Positions 1-11,949 of a stretch of DNA of 64,000 nt are shown here, one piece after another. Source of the DNA: Malacoraja senta (lineage: Eukaryota); the NCBI GenBank assembly GCA_038087875.1, contig CM075994.1, forward strand, positions 11,472,001-11,536,000. Reading direction: 5' to 3'. Made by a program: the position numbers and the translations under genes. How positions within the stretch are numbered: position 1 is the stretch's first letter; every line of letters starts with the position of its first letter. Under the pieces are notes generated by a model. It did no database searches, was not told the origin of the DNA, and saw nothing but the letters and a program-made list of their open reading frames with translations.

Positions 1-2191
1 AGTCTTTATAGTGAAAAAAAGTTATGTTAAGATATCTAAGAAAAGATATCCTAAAGACGAATGGCCACCTAAGGTGGCGAAAAATGTATAGACTTCCGTT
101 GATGTTGTTATACATTGAGCTCCAACTCCTTAATAGATCCTCATAAAAAACTACAGACCGTTACATATTTTATCTTTGCTTATATACATTTACCAAACTA
201 GCCCCAATAAAAAACGAAAAATAATTAACAAAAAAGAAAAAATCAAAGGGAGATATAAAAAATGAAAAACACAAAAACACATATAAAACACAACCTAAGT
301 TCAATTTTATAAATATATATGCCCTTCCAATTTATCTAACCTTAATCTAGTCTAAGCTTTACCATATATATCCACCCAGGATTCTTACACATACAAACAG
401 GTACCAAGGGGTTAAACAAAACCTCACCACAGAATCTCTTCCAGTTATATGCTGCAACCGACTCCTACCCACCCAAAAAGAATAAACAAGTTATGTTAAT
501 TGTATTTATAGACGTTTTAGTGACTTAAATCAATTATCTCCTTCCCCGTCTCATGATTTATACATGATTTATTCATATTTACTACATCCATTCACAAATA
601 ATTAGTAGTGTTAAATTTGTTAAAGTCGTTAATTATTTATAATTGGAGTATAATAATTAAAAAATCTTCTTAAATCAGCAGATTATATATTCCATGTCGT
701 TCCATGTCCATTATACATTCCCTCGTTAATTCTGTGTCTTCAATGTCTTTTGTTTATCTTTAAGCTTTTCATTCAAGGTGAAATATAGACAGTACTCTCC
801 CAAACACATTCCAGACAGATAAGCTTGCTAACTGTCTGGAAAATTCCGCCATCTTAACCAGTCCTAAAAGTTAAACCGATCAATCTTCATCCGTGTCAAG
901 AACTTCAGCCGCTTCAGCAGAAGTGTTCTTTACGATATCCTCTGCATATTTAAAAGCTTTTTCGGGGTCTGTGAACGAGCGTACAGTACCATTATGAGTA
1001 ATCTTCATTTTAGCTGGATAAACAATCCCATATCACACATCGTGTATCCCTTTCAGAATATTTCTTGTCTGTGTAAACAAGTTCCTTCTCTAACGACCTC
1101 CGGGGGGTAATCCCGGAAAAATCGAATATTATCCCCACGATATGTCAGATTCTCCCCATGAGTAATCTTTTTCAATATAAATTCCACTGAAGAGATATCG
1201 AGGAATTTCACAATTATATGTCTTGGAGGAGCATTTGCCTCTCTTGAAACACGTCCAACTCTGTGAGCGACATCTATTCTTGGTGCTCCCGGCAGTTCAA
1301 ACACTTCTTTGAGTAAGTCAGTAACAAAAGTACATGTTTGAGATCTATGTCCCTCTCATCCTTCTCTCACTCCAACAATTCTCAAATTCTGCCTTCTCGA
1401 TCTTGCTTCCAAATCCAGACATTTGTCCGTCATTTTTACAAGTTTTACTTCCTCAATTTTTTATGATTTTTTCAAACTCTTTATTTCAGTGGTCATTATA
1501 TTTATTTCATTCTCCATCTCTTCCATTAACTCATCCAGCTTTTCCATATTATCCTTAACATCCGTAAATTTCTTATTATAGTCATTTTCGAGTCTAGCAC
1601 ATTCTGACTTTATTTTTTTATCAGCCTCCTTATGTTGTTTCTTCAGCTCCTTTAACTCACCGTAAGCTGTATAATTTTTTTTAGGAATTCTCTCCATATT
1701 AGTCTCGATACTCTGCTTATTACTCTCCATATTAGACTCCATACTCTGGATCTTTTCCAGTGTAGCATTGATTGTAGCAGACATTTCTAAAAGCATTTGC
1801 TTTACCTCCTTCTCCTTCTTGTCTCCTTTTGCAGCCATTTCAAGCAGTGATTCTTGGCGGTCGAATTCTTCTTCTTCTGAGCCTTCTGAGCCTTCTTCTG
1901 TCGTTTGCAGAGTATCCAAGACTTTCTCGATTTGGAGACTTATGGTGTTCTTCTTGGGTGCTCGTGAGACTTTCTCTCTTCTCATTTAAAATTCCCGATT
2001 TTTAACGTTAAACTCCCGTTTTTCGCGTCGCCTTCTGATGACGTCACACTTACGCGACACCAAGCAGCTCCGGTGAGTTTTTTTTAATCGGTACTGATCT
2101 GGAAAACAGCTTTTTAACGGTTTTTAACAATTTTTGCTGGAGTGGAGCTCAATGTGACGCCTTCAGTACTCCATGGCGCCACCGGAAGTCC
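1..2191 (-). mobile_element. L1/Tx1-clade LINE, copy A (5' end, ORF1, inter-ORF; runs off window)
   Basis: Reverse complement of 29402-31569; same 5' end GGACTTCCGGTGGCG and same flank AGATAAATC. Confidence 0.92.
880..1985 (-). pseudogene. L1 ORF1p (coiled coil + RRM/CTD), frameshifted
   Basis: ORFs 1461-1985 and 1053-1304; motifs IDVAHRVG, PRHIIVKF, IRFFRDYP. Confidence 0.85.
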
Positions 2192-3548
2192 GATTTATCT
2201 ATTTCTTAAAACCATTCAATTATTTTCAAAAATGTAGTTGTTCCTACAGAGAATGTTGTTCTTTTTGCAGTCATAATTTTATATCTAACTGATTACTGAT
2301 ATCCGACCAATTTCGGCTCAACTAGCATCTGGGGATGGAATTGAATTTCGGGTAGAGACTCTTCTTCAGTTAGTTTGAAGAATGATCCCGACCCGAAATG
2401 TCAATATGTCTGCGTCCTTTAGCGTTTTTCTAATTATCCATTAGTTGCCCGGTCAAATTACTTTTACTTTTTAATTACTTTTCAAGAAGATTATCTCCGT
2501 CGTACGTGTTCTACCCGCGTAAGAGGCGTTTTCTGAATTACAATCCGTATTTAATAAACCAAACAAACTGTATCGCCGACTCTGTCCGAATATCGTTGCA
2601 CTTCACATTTCGGTAGTGATGTAAACAATTATATCCAAATTCCAAATATATCCATAATGTCTTTTAATAGGCAGGCTAACAGGAAGGTCAAGGATTTGAA
2701 TCTAGAACGACAAATATTTTTTAAGCGGGATCCTGTGCGGATCCTTCAGTCGGACATAATCTATTTTCTGATTAAATTTATCAAACACCCAGTCACCTAC
2801 TGAAGTCTATTACTATCTCAGGGAAACCTTAATGCCGCTATGAGCATTGCATAAAGTAAGGAATTATGAGTGGTTTCTTTTTTATGTAATATTTTGTCGT
2901 TATTCTTATGGATAACTGACACATTTTGCAATAAACTTAAAACGAGAAGCAATACATTATGTTTTAGTTATTTTCCCACAAAGCATTCTTGGTGAACACA
3001 TTCACTAATTTCTTGTGAACTGTTATTCCCTTGTTTACTTGAACAACTGTTGCTCTTCATTCGTTATTGCTAATTGAGATACGGAGGTTTAAACATACAC
3101 CTGAAATCTATAATGATTCAGATATGTTGAAATTGTGCTCCGTTGGTACATAAATGAGATGCTTGGAATATTGTACCAGTGTTATTGTAATTGTGAATAT
3201 GTGCAATGTATTCGTATTGAAATCCTAAATTCTGCATCTCATGAGATGCACAATGGTGAGTTCGGCTCAGGAAACTATTAGGACCAGGGCAAACCTATAC
3301 GCCTCCCGATGCAGAGCAACACAATCTAAACAATAACAACGTATTAGTTGGAAAACTGAAATAGTGACAGAAAATAGTGGAATAGAAGTAGCTAATATTT
3401 CGTGTCCGATACCCTTGGCCCAGTTCCCCAGAACTGCGGAAAAAGAGAAGGGACATTTGTCTCCGTAGTAGAGTTGAAACGTGATGGCAATGAGTGTAAT
3501 AAAATAACCTTCTCTGTTAATGTGAAGTAATGCAACCATCAGGATCAG

Positions 3549-4008
3549 TTATGGCAGAGATCAAACTGGATTAAGTGAACAAGTACAAGTACCTGGTCCT
3601 TCACAGAAGCAACAATTGTGCGTTGCCTTTACGCATAATCTGCTAATTTTACCGAAATAACTTGGAACTTAGTCTATGATGAGAAGCATCTGGGCATCGC
3701 GTTCTTCGCAGTGTTGCCATCACCGATGGTCGGTGCGCTCAGGATGGGTCGACTGACGTGCTTCTCTGTTGTATGTGCCCATGGTCCCCATGACACATAA
3801 TAAGTCCAATCTCTCAATTACCTTTACGGGAAATCCTGTTCCCGACATCAATTGCCTCCAGAACACAGTTAAAATTCAACGATCTTCCTCTGCCAATATC
3901 TATTGAAGTCGTGAAAATAGAAAACCCTCTAAATATACATGTCCCGAATCCATCTTGATGCTCAGGGAACGTGACTTAGCAAAACAAATGGGATACTTCG
4001 CTCCATCT
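3549..4008 (-). mobile_element. ERV env cytoplasmic tail plus putative 3' LTR, copy A
   Basis: Reverse complement of 27591-28042. Confidence 0.55.
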
Positions 4009-4964
4009 TGGAGCCGCCATCTTGGAGGAACGGCTGCTAAAATGCAGCCGTCCGTCAAATTCACTTTTTCTTTAGTTTTAGCTTTTTTTATTTCTTTGTT
4101 TGTTTGGGGAATTTTGACTTTTAATGTGGGGGGGGTAAGGGGGAAGCTATTTCTGGGTCCCTACCTGGTCGGTGAGGCAGCTTTTTCTCCAGGCTGCCCC
4201 GTCGACCCGTCCTCGTGGCCTACCAGCGGGCCTGGAGCGCCGTTTTCCTGATGGGGCCGCCCAGCACCTTCAGCTTCGGTGGCGGCACAGCGCTGGAGCG
4301 CTATCGGAGAGCGTAGCGGGCAATGCCTTGCCTGCGTCGCCGCGCTGGGTCGACGCGCTGGAGCTCCGGTGTGCGTTGACCGCCGAGATCAACACCTCCA
4401 GGCTGCGGGACTGCGGAGCGACCAGCCGCGGGCGGCGGCGCCGACTCCAACATCGGGAGCCTCGTGGCTCCAACTCGGCGCGGCCCTGTCGGCTTCAGGT
4501 GCCATCGACTCCGCTGGGAAACCGGCCGTTCCAGCCGCTGCGAGGACTCTCCTGACAGCCAGGAACATCGGGCCTCCGTAGAGGCAACTGTGGAGGCCTC
4601 ATTGGGCCTGACTCTGGGGAGAACTGGGTTGGGGACTGGACATTGTGCCTTCCCCAACAGTGGTGGTCATTGTGGGGGGATGATTTTGTGTGCTGTGCCT
4701 GTTAGTCTGTGTGCAAGATGGCGGTCGGAGGGGAGAGTGGACGCTGGCGCGAATTGGTCGCCGCTGCTCTCTCCTCAAATTGTGTTTCTTATTTTCTTTT
4801 TGTGCTTTTGAAATTGAATTCTGTCCTTGATTTGTGTACTGTGGTGTTTTTATATTTAATTTATTCCGATTATGTGTTTTGTATTTTTGTGATTCTATGC
4901 CTTGTAAGGTGTCCTTGGGTTTTAGAAAGGCGCCAGTAAATAAAATGAATTATTATTATTATTA
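4009..4964 (+). mobile_element. GC-rich non-autonomous retroelement with L2-type 3' tail
   Basis: Ends TGTAAGGTGTCCTTGGG...GAAAGGCGCC..AAATAAAATGAA(TTA)n; marks the edge of duplication copy A. Confidence 0.55.
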
Positions 4965-5230
4965 TTCTCCTGCCTTCTCCCCATAACCCCTGACACCCGC
5001 ACTAATCAAGAATCTATCTATCTCTGCCTTAAAAATATCCACTGATTTGGCCTCCACAGCTGTCTGTGGCAAAGAATCCCACCGATTCACCACCCACTGA
5101 ATAAAGAAATTCCTCCTCATCTCCTTCCTAAAGGAACGTCCTTTAATTCTGAGGCTGTGTCCTCTGGTCCTAGACTCTGCCACTAGTGGAAACATCCTCT
5201 CCACATCCACTCTATCCAGGCCTTTCACTA
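4965..5230 (-). mobile_element. CR1 LINE 3' fragment
   Basis: KGLDRVDVERMFPL..SRTRGHSLRIKG..FF.Q.VVN.W.SLP, the CR1 ORF2 C-terminus. Confidence 0.9.
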
Positions 5231-5323
5231 GTTGTGTTCAAAGTTTGTAGATACAGCGTGGAAAAAGGCCCTTCGGCCCACCTAGTCCGCGCTGACCAAC
5301 GATCATCCCTTCTCTGAAGATGG

Positions 5324-5792
5324 ACACAAAGTGCTGTAGTAACTCAGCAGGTCAGGCAGCATCTCTGGAGAACATGGATAGGTGACGTTTCACAGAGTGT
5401 TGGAGTAACTCAGCGGGTCAGGCATCATGTGTGGAGAACATGGATAGGTGACGTTTCACAGAGTGCTGGAGTAACTCAGCGGGTCAGGCATCATGTGTGG
5501 AGAACATGGATAGGTGACGTTTCACAGAGTGCTGGAGTAACTCAGCGGGTCAGGCAGCATCTCTGGAGAGAAGGAATAGGTGACTTTTGCGTTCAGTCTG
5601 AAGAATAGCTCGATTGTAATCACGTTTTGTCTTCCTGCTGACTGGTTAGCACGCAACAAAAGCTTTTCACTGTACCTCGGTATACGGGACAAGAAAATAA
5701 ACTGCTCAAGAAGGGTCTGACCCAAAACGTCACCCATTCCTTTTCTCCAGAGATCCTGCTGGACCCGCTGAGTTACTCCAGCACTTTGTGTT
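5324..5792. repeat. Four 66-bp tandem copies of a Penelope terminal-repeat segment plus an inverted copy
   Basis: Unit CACAGAGTGCTGGAGTAACTCAGCGGGTCAGGCAGCATC...GGTGACGTTT recurs at 5391, 5457 and 5523; inverted copy at 5705-5792; similar to 23630-23725. Confidence 0.75.
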
Positions 5793-5859
5793 TTTCTTTA
5801 GTGTAATTCAGCATGTGCAGTTCCTGCTGTGATCACCTGTTCATTCCAGCTCTATGTTC

Positions 5860-6397
5860 ATCACCAATCATACTCTATTAGCCAAGTATGTTTTGCAACA
5901 GAAGAGGAATTTAATTTGCCAAGTCAGTCATACGAATAAAAAGCAACGGAACACACAAAACACATTTTAACATAAACATCCACTACAGTGACTCCTCCGC
6001 ATTCCTCACTGTGATGGAAGGCGAAAAATAGTTCAATCTCTTCCCTTTGTTCTCCCGCGGTCGGGGGTCTTGAACCCTCCGTTGACGGGACAATCTTGAC
6101 TCCCGTAGCCAGCGGCATTTTGGCCCTCCGCTTCGGGGCGAGCAAGCTCCCACATCGGGGGGGAAATGTCAGCTCCTCCGCGCTGGGCGATCGGACCCCG
6201 GGTCGGGGCTGGTCAAACCTCTGCGTCGTTGGAACTTCCCGACTCAGCCTCTCCCTGAGACTGCGAGCTTTCGATGGTAAAGTCCGCAGGCCACGGTTGG
6301 AGCGTCGATCCCAGGCAAGGAATCGCAGGCTCCGATGGGAAGTCCACGGCCCGAGGTGGGGCTCATAGTCAGTCCCGAGCGAGGCTTCCAGCTCCAT
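5860..6397 (-). mobile_element. GC-rich non-autonomous retroelement with Rex1/Babar-like tail
   Basis: Shares CACTGTGGTGGATGTTTATGTTAAAATG..TTGTGTG segment with 26689-27366 and 40225-40960. Confidence 0.55.
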
Positions 6398-6539
6398 CAA
6401 TCATTGTGCTCATGTACTCCTGCAGAAGTTTGATAAGAGTTTCCATCCACAACTTACAGAAGCCCCAAGGATTTTTCTTCCATCAACCAAATTGGTTCGG
6501 GCTTCTGAGTCGCTGATGAACTTCCTTTGTGATGGGTTC

Positions 6540-8125
6540 AATACAGGGATGTGATACTGAGGCTCTATAAGGTACTGGTCAGGCCGCATTTGGAGTATTG
6601 TGAGCAGTTTTGGCCCCCATATCTGAGGAAGGATGTGCTGGCTCTGGAGAGGGACCAGTGGAGGTTTACGAGAACGATCACAGGAAGGAGTGACAATAGA
6701 CAACAGGTGCAGGAGTAGGCCATTCGGCCCTTCGAGCCATCACCACCATTCAGTGAATTGGCCTCCACCAACTTCTGAGGCAGAGAATTCCACTGATTCA
6801 CAACTCCCTGGGTTAAAAAGTGTTTCAATAGACAATAGGTGCAGGAGGAGACCGGTCCTTTCAGCCAGCACCGCCATTCTGTGTGATCATGGCTGATCAT
6901 CCACAATCAGTACCTCGTTCCTGCCTTCTCCCCATATCCCTGACTCTGCTATCTTTAAGAGCTCTACCTAGCTCTTTCTTTAAAGTATCCAGAGAATCGG
7001 CCTCTACCGCCTTCTGAGGCAGAGAATTCCACAGACTCTCAACTCTCTGGGTGAAAAAGTTTTTCCTCATTTCCGTTCTAAATGGCTTACCCCTTATTCT
7101 TACACTGTGGCCCCTGGTTCTGGACTCCCCCAACATCGGGAACATGTTTCCTGCCTCTAGCTTGTCCAAACCCTTAATAATCTTATAAGTTTCAATAAGA
7201 TCCCCTCTCAACTTTCTAAATTCGAAAGTATACAAGCCCAGCCGCTCCATTCTATCAACATATGACAGTCCCGCCATCCCGGGAATTAACCTGGTGAACA
7301 TTTGACATATGATGAGCGTTTGTGGGCACTGGACCTGTACTCGCTGGAGTTTGAAGGATGAGGGGGGAACCTCATTGAAACTTCCCGAACAGTGAAAGGC
7401 CTGGATAGAGAGGATGTGGGGAGGATGTTTCCACCAGTGGGAGAGTCTAGGACTAAAGGTCACAGCCTCAGAATTAAAGGGCGTTCTTTTAGGATGGAGA
7501 TGAGGAGGAAATTCGTGAGTCAGAGAGTGGTGAATCTGTGGAATTATTTGCGGCAGACGGCTGTGGAGGCCACAAGTCTGGATATTTTTAAGGCAGAGAT
7601 AGATAGATTCTTGATTAGTGTGGGTGTCAGAGGTTATGGGGAGAAGGCAGGATAATGGGGTTGGGAGTGAGAGATAGATCAGCCGTGATTGAATGGTGGA
7701 ATGGACTTGATGGGCCGAATGGCTTAATTGTGCTCCTATCATTTAAAGACAATAGATGCAGGAGTAGGCCCTTCGAGCCAGCACCGCCATTCTGTGTGAT
7801 CATGACGGATCATCCACAATCAGCACCCCCCTGTTCCTGCCTTCTCCCCATATCCCCTGACTCCGATATCTTTAAGAGCTCTATCCAATTCTCTAGAAAG
7901 TATCCAGAGAATTGGCATCCACTGCCCTCTGAGGGAGATTATTCCACAGATTCACAACTCTCTGGGTGAAAACGTTTTTCCTCATGACAATAGCAATAGA
8001 TAACAGGTGCAGGAGTAGGCCATTCGGCCCTTCGAGGGGGCACCGCCATTCAATGTGATCATCCCCAATCAGTACCCCGTTCCTGCCTTCTCCCCATATC
8101 CCCTGACTCCGCTATGTTTAAGAGC
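6540..8125. mobile_element. Cluster of CR1 3' fragments in both orientations
   Basis: CR1 ORF2 C-terminal peptides (6897-7742 minus, 7392-7655 plus) and repeated GGCCGAATGGCCTACTCCTGCACC..(ATTGTCT)n tails. Confidence 0.88.
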
Positions 8126-8396
8126 TTGTGAACTCATTGAAGGTGGCTGAGGGCTGGCATGGGGGCTAGATGGGCCGAATGCACTAATTCTGCTCCTAGG
8201 CCTTATGGCCATATGACACCGGCTTAATTGGGGCACCTATCACTTGTGAACTCACTGGAGGGCAGGCATGGAGCTAGATGGAGAGATCTTTGGAGGGTTG
8301 CTGAGGTCTAGCGTGGAGCTAGATGGGCCGAATGGCCTAATTCTGCTTCAATCGCTTACGGCTTGATGACAATGGCTTAATGGGTCCCCTATCATT

Positions 8397-8596
8397 NNNN
8401 NNNNNNNNNNNNNNNNNNNNNNNNNNNNNNNNNNNNNNNNNNNNNNNNNNNNNNNNNNNNNNNNNNNNNNNNNNNNNNNNNNNNNNNNNNNNNNNNNNNN
8501 NNNNNNNNNNNNNNNNNNNNNNNNNNNNNNNNNNNNNNNNNNNNNNNNNNNNNNNNNNNNNNNNNNNNNNNNNNNNNNNNNNNNNNNNNNNNNNNN
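8397..8596. other. Assembly gap (200 N)
   Basis: Run of N. Confidence 1.
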
Positions 8597-9270
8597 TGCC
8601 ATTGTAACTTTGAGGGGTCGGGCCATTCCCTGGGTAATAGTTCCTGTACGACATACACCTGGCGGCTCCCCCACGCCCGGTTAATGGAACCTACTGGGTG
8701 TGTGGCCTGTGGGCCTACTGCTGGCTCCCGGGAATGCCAGGGGTGTACTTCGGGACATGGGAGAGACCAATATCCTGGACGGGCTGCTGTTACCTGGCAT
8801 ATGCGGCACCCCACCTGAGACACTTGCCATCCTTACCCTCATACCCCCGGCAAGGACATGTAAAACGGGCTATTACGGAGGCAGAGTGGTTCTGGGCTAT
8901 TGCATTTTCCTCCTATGGTACTGCGAAGCTGGCACGGGAAATGATTAACATGGCTTCAGTCATGGAAGAAATAGCCAATGAGACGGCAGACACCCTGAGT
9001 GGGGTAAAAGAGGCCATCACAGATCGCTGTACTTATTTTCCAGGTGAATACGGGAACATCACCAACCTCGCTGACCACACCCAGGAAGCCGTGGATACGA
9101 TTGGAAGGGTCGGAGAACAGTACCACGACTACAACCTCCCGGGAGGACAGTGAACTTTCGGGATGTTTGGATGATGGTGGGCAACAGTGGCACATTGAAA
9201 ACTGACCATTGGGACAATCTTGTTGGCCATAATATGACTGCGTTGTGTGTGTGGATTGGCATGAGGACCG
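8597..9270 (+). pseudogene. env: ERV gamma-type envelope remnant, family 1 (SU C-term + TM, internal deletion)
   Basis: PVNGTYWVCGLWAYCWLP, WTGCCYLAY, furin-like HVKR, fusion peptide WFWAIAFSSYG, heptad repeat, CTYFP, then hydrophobic TIGTILLAII with stops. Confidence 0.85.
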
Positions 9271-9800
9271 CGTGGCCTTTACTACAGCCTGTGGGCCGGA
9301 TGTGGCGGTAAGCAGCCTGTTCCGGGGGGGGGGGGGGGACGTTTTACGAGAATTTTGCCCGAACAGTCTGTGATCCAATAGCGCTGTGGCCATAACGCTA
9401 TGTTTAAAGCCCATTTTTTTGTCGCAAAAAATAATTTATTTCATTTCAACACGAGACAAAAACCAAAAAAACAAAACCGTGGTGACATACTCACCATCAG
9501 GTTACAAAATCATCAAACAACTATTTAACAAATATTCTATTAACTATTACACAACCCCGGTAAAGGGGCAAGCATCTGGCTCGGGCGAAACCCCATCCCG
9601 CCTGGCGCCGTGACTCGCGGATGGCCAGCTTGGCCATGGTTAAACCCCATAGCCCTGTGGTTAAAGCGCTTCGTTTAAAACCCCACGCATTCTGACAGCG
9701 CTCTGTTTAAACCTTTCGCGTCAAGTCTGCAGCGCTGTGTGCATTGCTTTACGCGCCAAGTCTGCAGCTGATAGCACTTTGTTTCCGGGGGGGGGGGGGG

Positions 9801-10006
9801 CATGCGGTTCTACGGTGCGAATATTTCAGCTGATAGTTCTGTGATGATCTATTTTACCCCACTCAGGGTGTCTGCCGTCCCATTGGCTATTTCTTCCATG
9901 GCTGAAGCCATGTTAATTATTTCCCGTGCCAGCTTCGCAGTACCATAGGAGGGAAATGCAATGGCCCAGAACCACTCGGTCTCCGTAATAGCCCGTTTTA
10001 CATGCC
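9801..10006 (-). pseudogene. env: Antisense duplicate of env TM N-terminus
   Basis: 9852-10004 is the reverse complement of 8857-9009 (7 mismatches in 153 by eye); continues as IITELSAEIFA..NRM. Confidence 0.88.
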
Positions 10007-10319
10007 TTTTGGTTGTAATTTGAATTTGGGAGCAGCGCTATTGAGGACTGGTTTCTGCCTGTATAAAGGCAGTCGCCGGGAAGCCATAAGGTCGTTATTG
10101 ACCAGAGGGGTTCACTGACGGGCTGGGTTGCGATCAGCGCCGCGAACGGAGGCAGAGAGAGGGGGAGGTGTGCTGCTGTTAGACGGACCCGGCGCATACC
10201 GAGATAAGTATTGTTTTTGTTCTATCTCCTGCCAATAAACCTGATTTGTAACTTAGCGGACGAATGTGCCTTTTTTGTTGTTCTACTAGTCAGATCCTTG
10301 AACGTGTTCCCTTGTAACA
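10007..10319 (+). mobile_element. Partial ERV LTR
   Basis: TATAAA at ~10062, AATAAA at ~10234, T-rich U5, terminal TGTAACA; lies downstream of env. Confidence 0.65.
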
Positions 10320-11945
10320 TCTCCCCATTTGGAAAATAATCTCCGCCTTTATTCCTACCACCAAAATGAATGACTCCACACTTTGCTACACTATATTCCA
10401 TCTTCCCCTTCTCTGCCCACTGTGCTGGTCCTTCTGCAGATTCCCTGCTTTCTCTATATTACCTGCCCCCTCCACCTATTTTCGCATTATCCGCAAACTT
10501 GGCCACAACACCTTCATTTTCCTCGTCCACATCATTGTAATACAACGTGAAGTAGCGGCCCTAGTTCCGACCCTTGCGGAACTCCACTAGTCACTGCAGC
10601 CAACCAGATAAAGCCCCATTTATTGCCACTTTCTGCCTTCTGTCATTCAGCCAACCTGCCATCCATGCTAATATCTTCCCTTTGATACCATGGGCTCTCA
10701 TCTTCCACAGCAATCTAAGGTGTAGCAACCTATCAAAGACTTTCTGAAAATCTAGGTAAAAAACATTTACTGACTGTCTTTTTTCCTGCTATTTCCTTCT
10801 TCAAAGAACTCCAGCAAATTTGTCACAAAGCCATGCTGACCGGGCTATTTGATCATGAACTTCTAGGTACTCTGTAACCTCATCCTTTATATGGATTCTA
10901 AAATCTTACCAACCATTGAAGTCAGACTAACCGGCCGATAGTTCCCACTATTCTGCTTTGCTCCCTTCTTGTGCAGCGGGGTAATATCGGCAATTTCCCA
11001 ATCATCTGGAACCACTCCTGGCTCCAGTGATTCTTGAAATATCACTATCAATGCCTCCACAATCGTTAAAGCCACGTCTTTCAGAACATTAGGGTGCAGT
11101 CCATCTGGTCCAGTTTACACCCATCTGCAGCCATTTCAGCTTCCCAAGCACCACCTCCCCAGTAATAGCCAGTCCACCGAATTCCTCCCCCTGACTCACA
11201 TGAATTTCAGGCACGTTTCAGGTGTTTTCCACTGGGAAGACTGCGAAAATGTTATTCAACTCCTCTGCCATTTCTTTATTCCCCATTATCACTTTTCCTG
11301 CATAATTCCCCAGCGGTTCAACGTGCACTCTTGCCTCTTTCTTACACTTTATATAACTGAAGAAACACTTGCTATCCTATTTTATATTATTGGCTAGCTT
11401 ACCTTCGTATTTCATCTTTTCTCCCTGTATTGCCTTTAGAGTTACCTTCTATTGTTCTTGAAAAGCTATCCAATCCTCGGGCTTCCGACTAATCATTGCT
11501 ATGTTATACACCTTCTCTTTTAGTTTTCTACTGCCCTTAACTTCCCTTGTTAGCCACTGTCGTCTCTTTCTCCCCCGAGAATCTTTCTTCTTCGTCGGAA
11601 TAAAAAGATCCTGCATCTCCGGATTATTCCGAGAAATTCCTGCCATTGCTGTTCCACCGTCATCCCTGGTAGGGTCCCTGTCAGTCAACTTTGGCTAGTT
11701 TCTCCCTCATGCCTCTATAGTCCCCTTTGCCCAGATGCAATACCGACACATCCGATATCACCTTATCCTTCTCAAATTGCAGATTAAAACTTATCATATT
11801 ATGGTCGCTACCTCCTAATGGTTTCTTTACCCTGGGTTTCTTTATCAAATTCGGTTCATTACACACCACTAAATCCAGAATTGTTTTGTCCCAGGTAGGT
11901 TTAGAGCAAGCTGCTCTAAGAATCCATCTCGGAGGCACTCCACCA
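10320..11945 (-). mobile_element. CR1 LINE ORF2 fragment (EN to RT), decayed
   Basis: VECLRDGFLEQ, ILDLVVCNEP, GGSDHNMI, NYRPVSLTS. Confidence 0.9.
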
Positions 11946-11949
11946 ATCT

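Noticed and set aside
3676..3756. C/D box snoRNA-like ATGATGA...CTGA
   Set aside because: No terminal stem or recognisable guide; lies antisense in the putative LTR
8337..8823. ORFs spanning X runs
   Set aside because: Artefacts of the N gap
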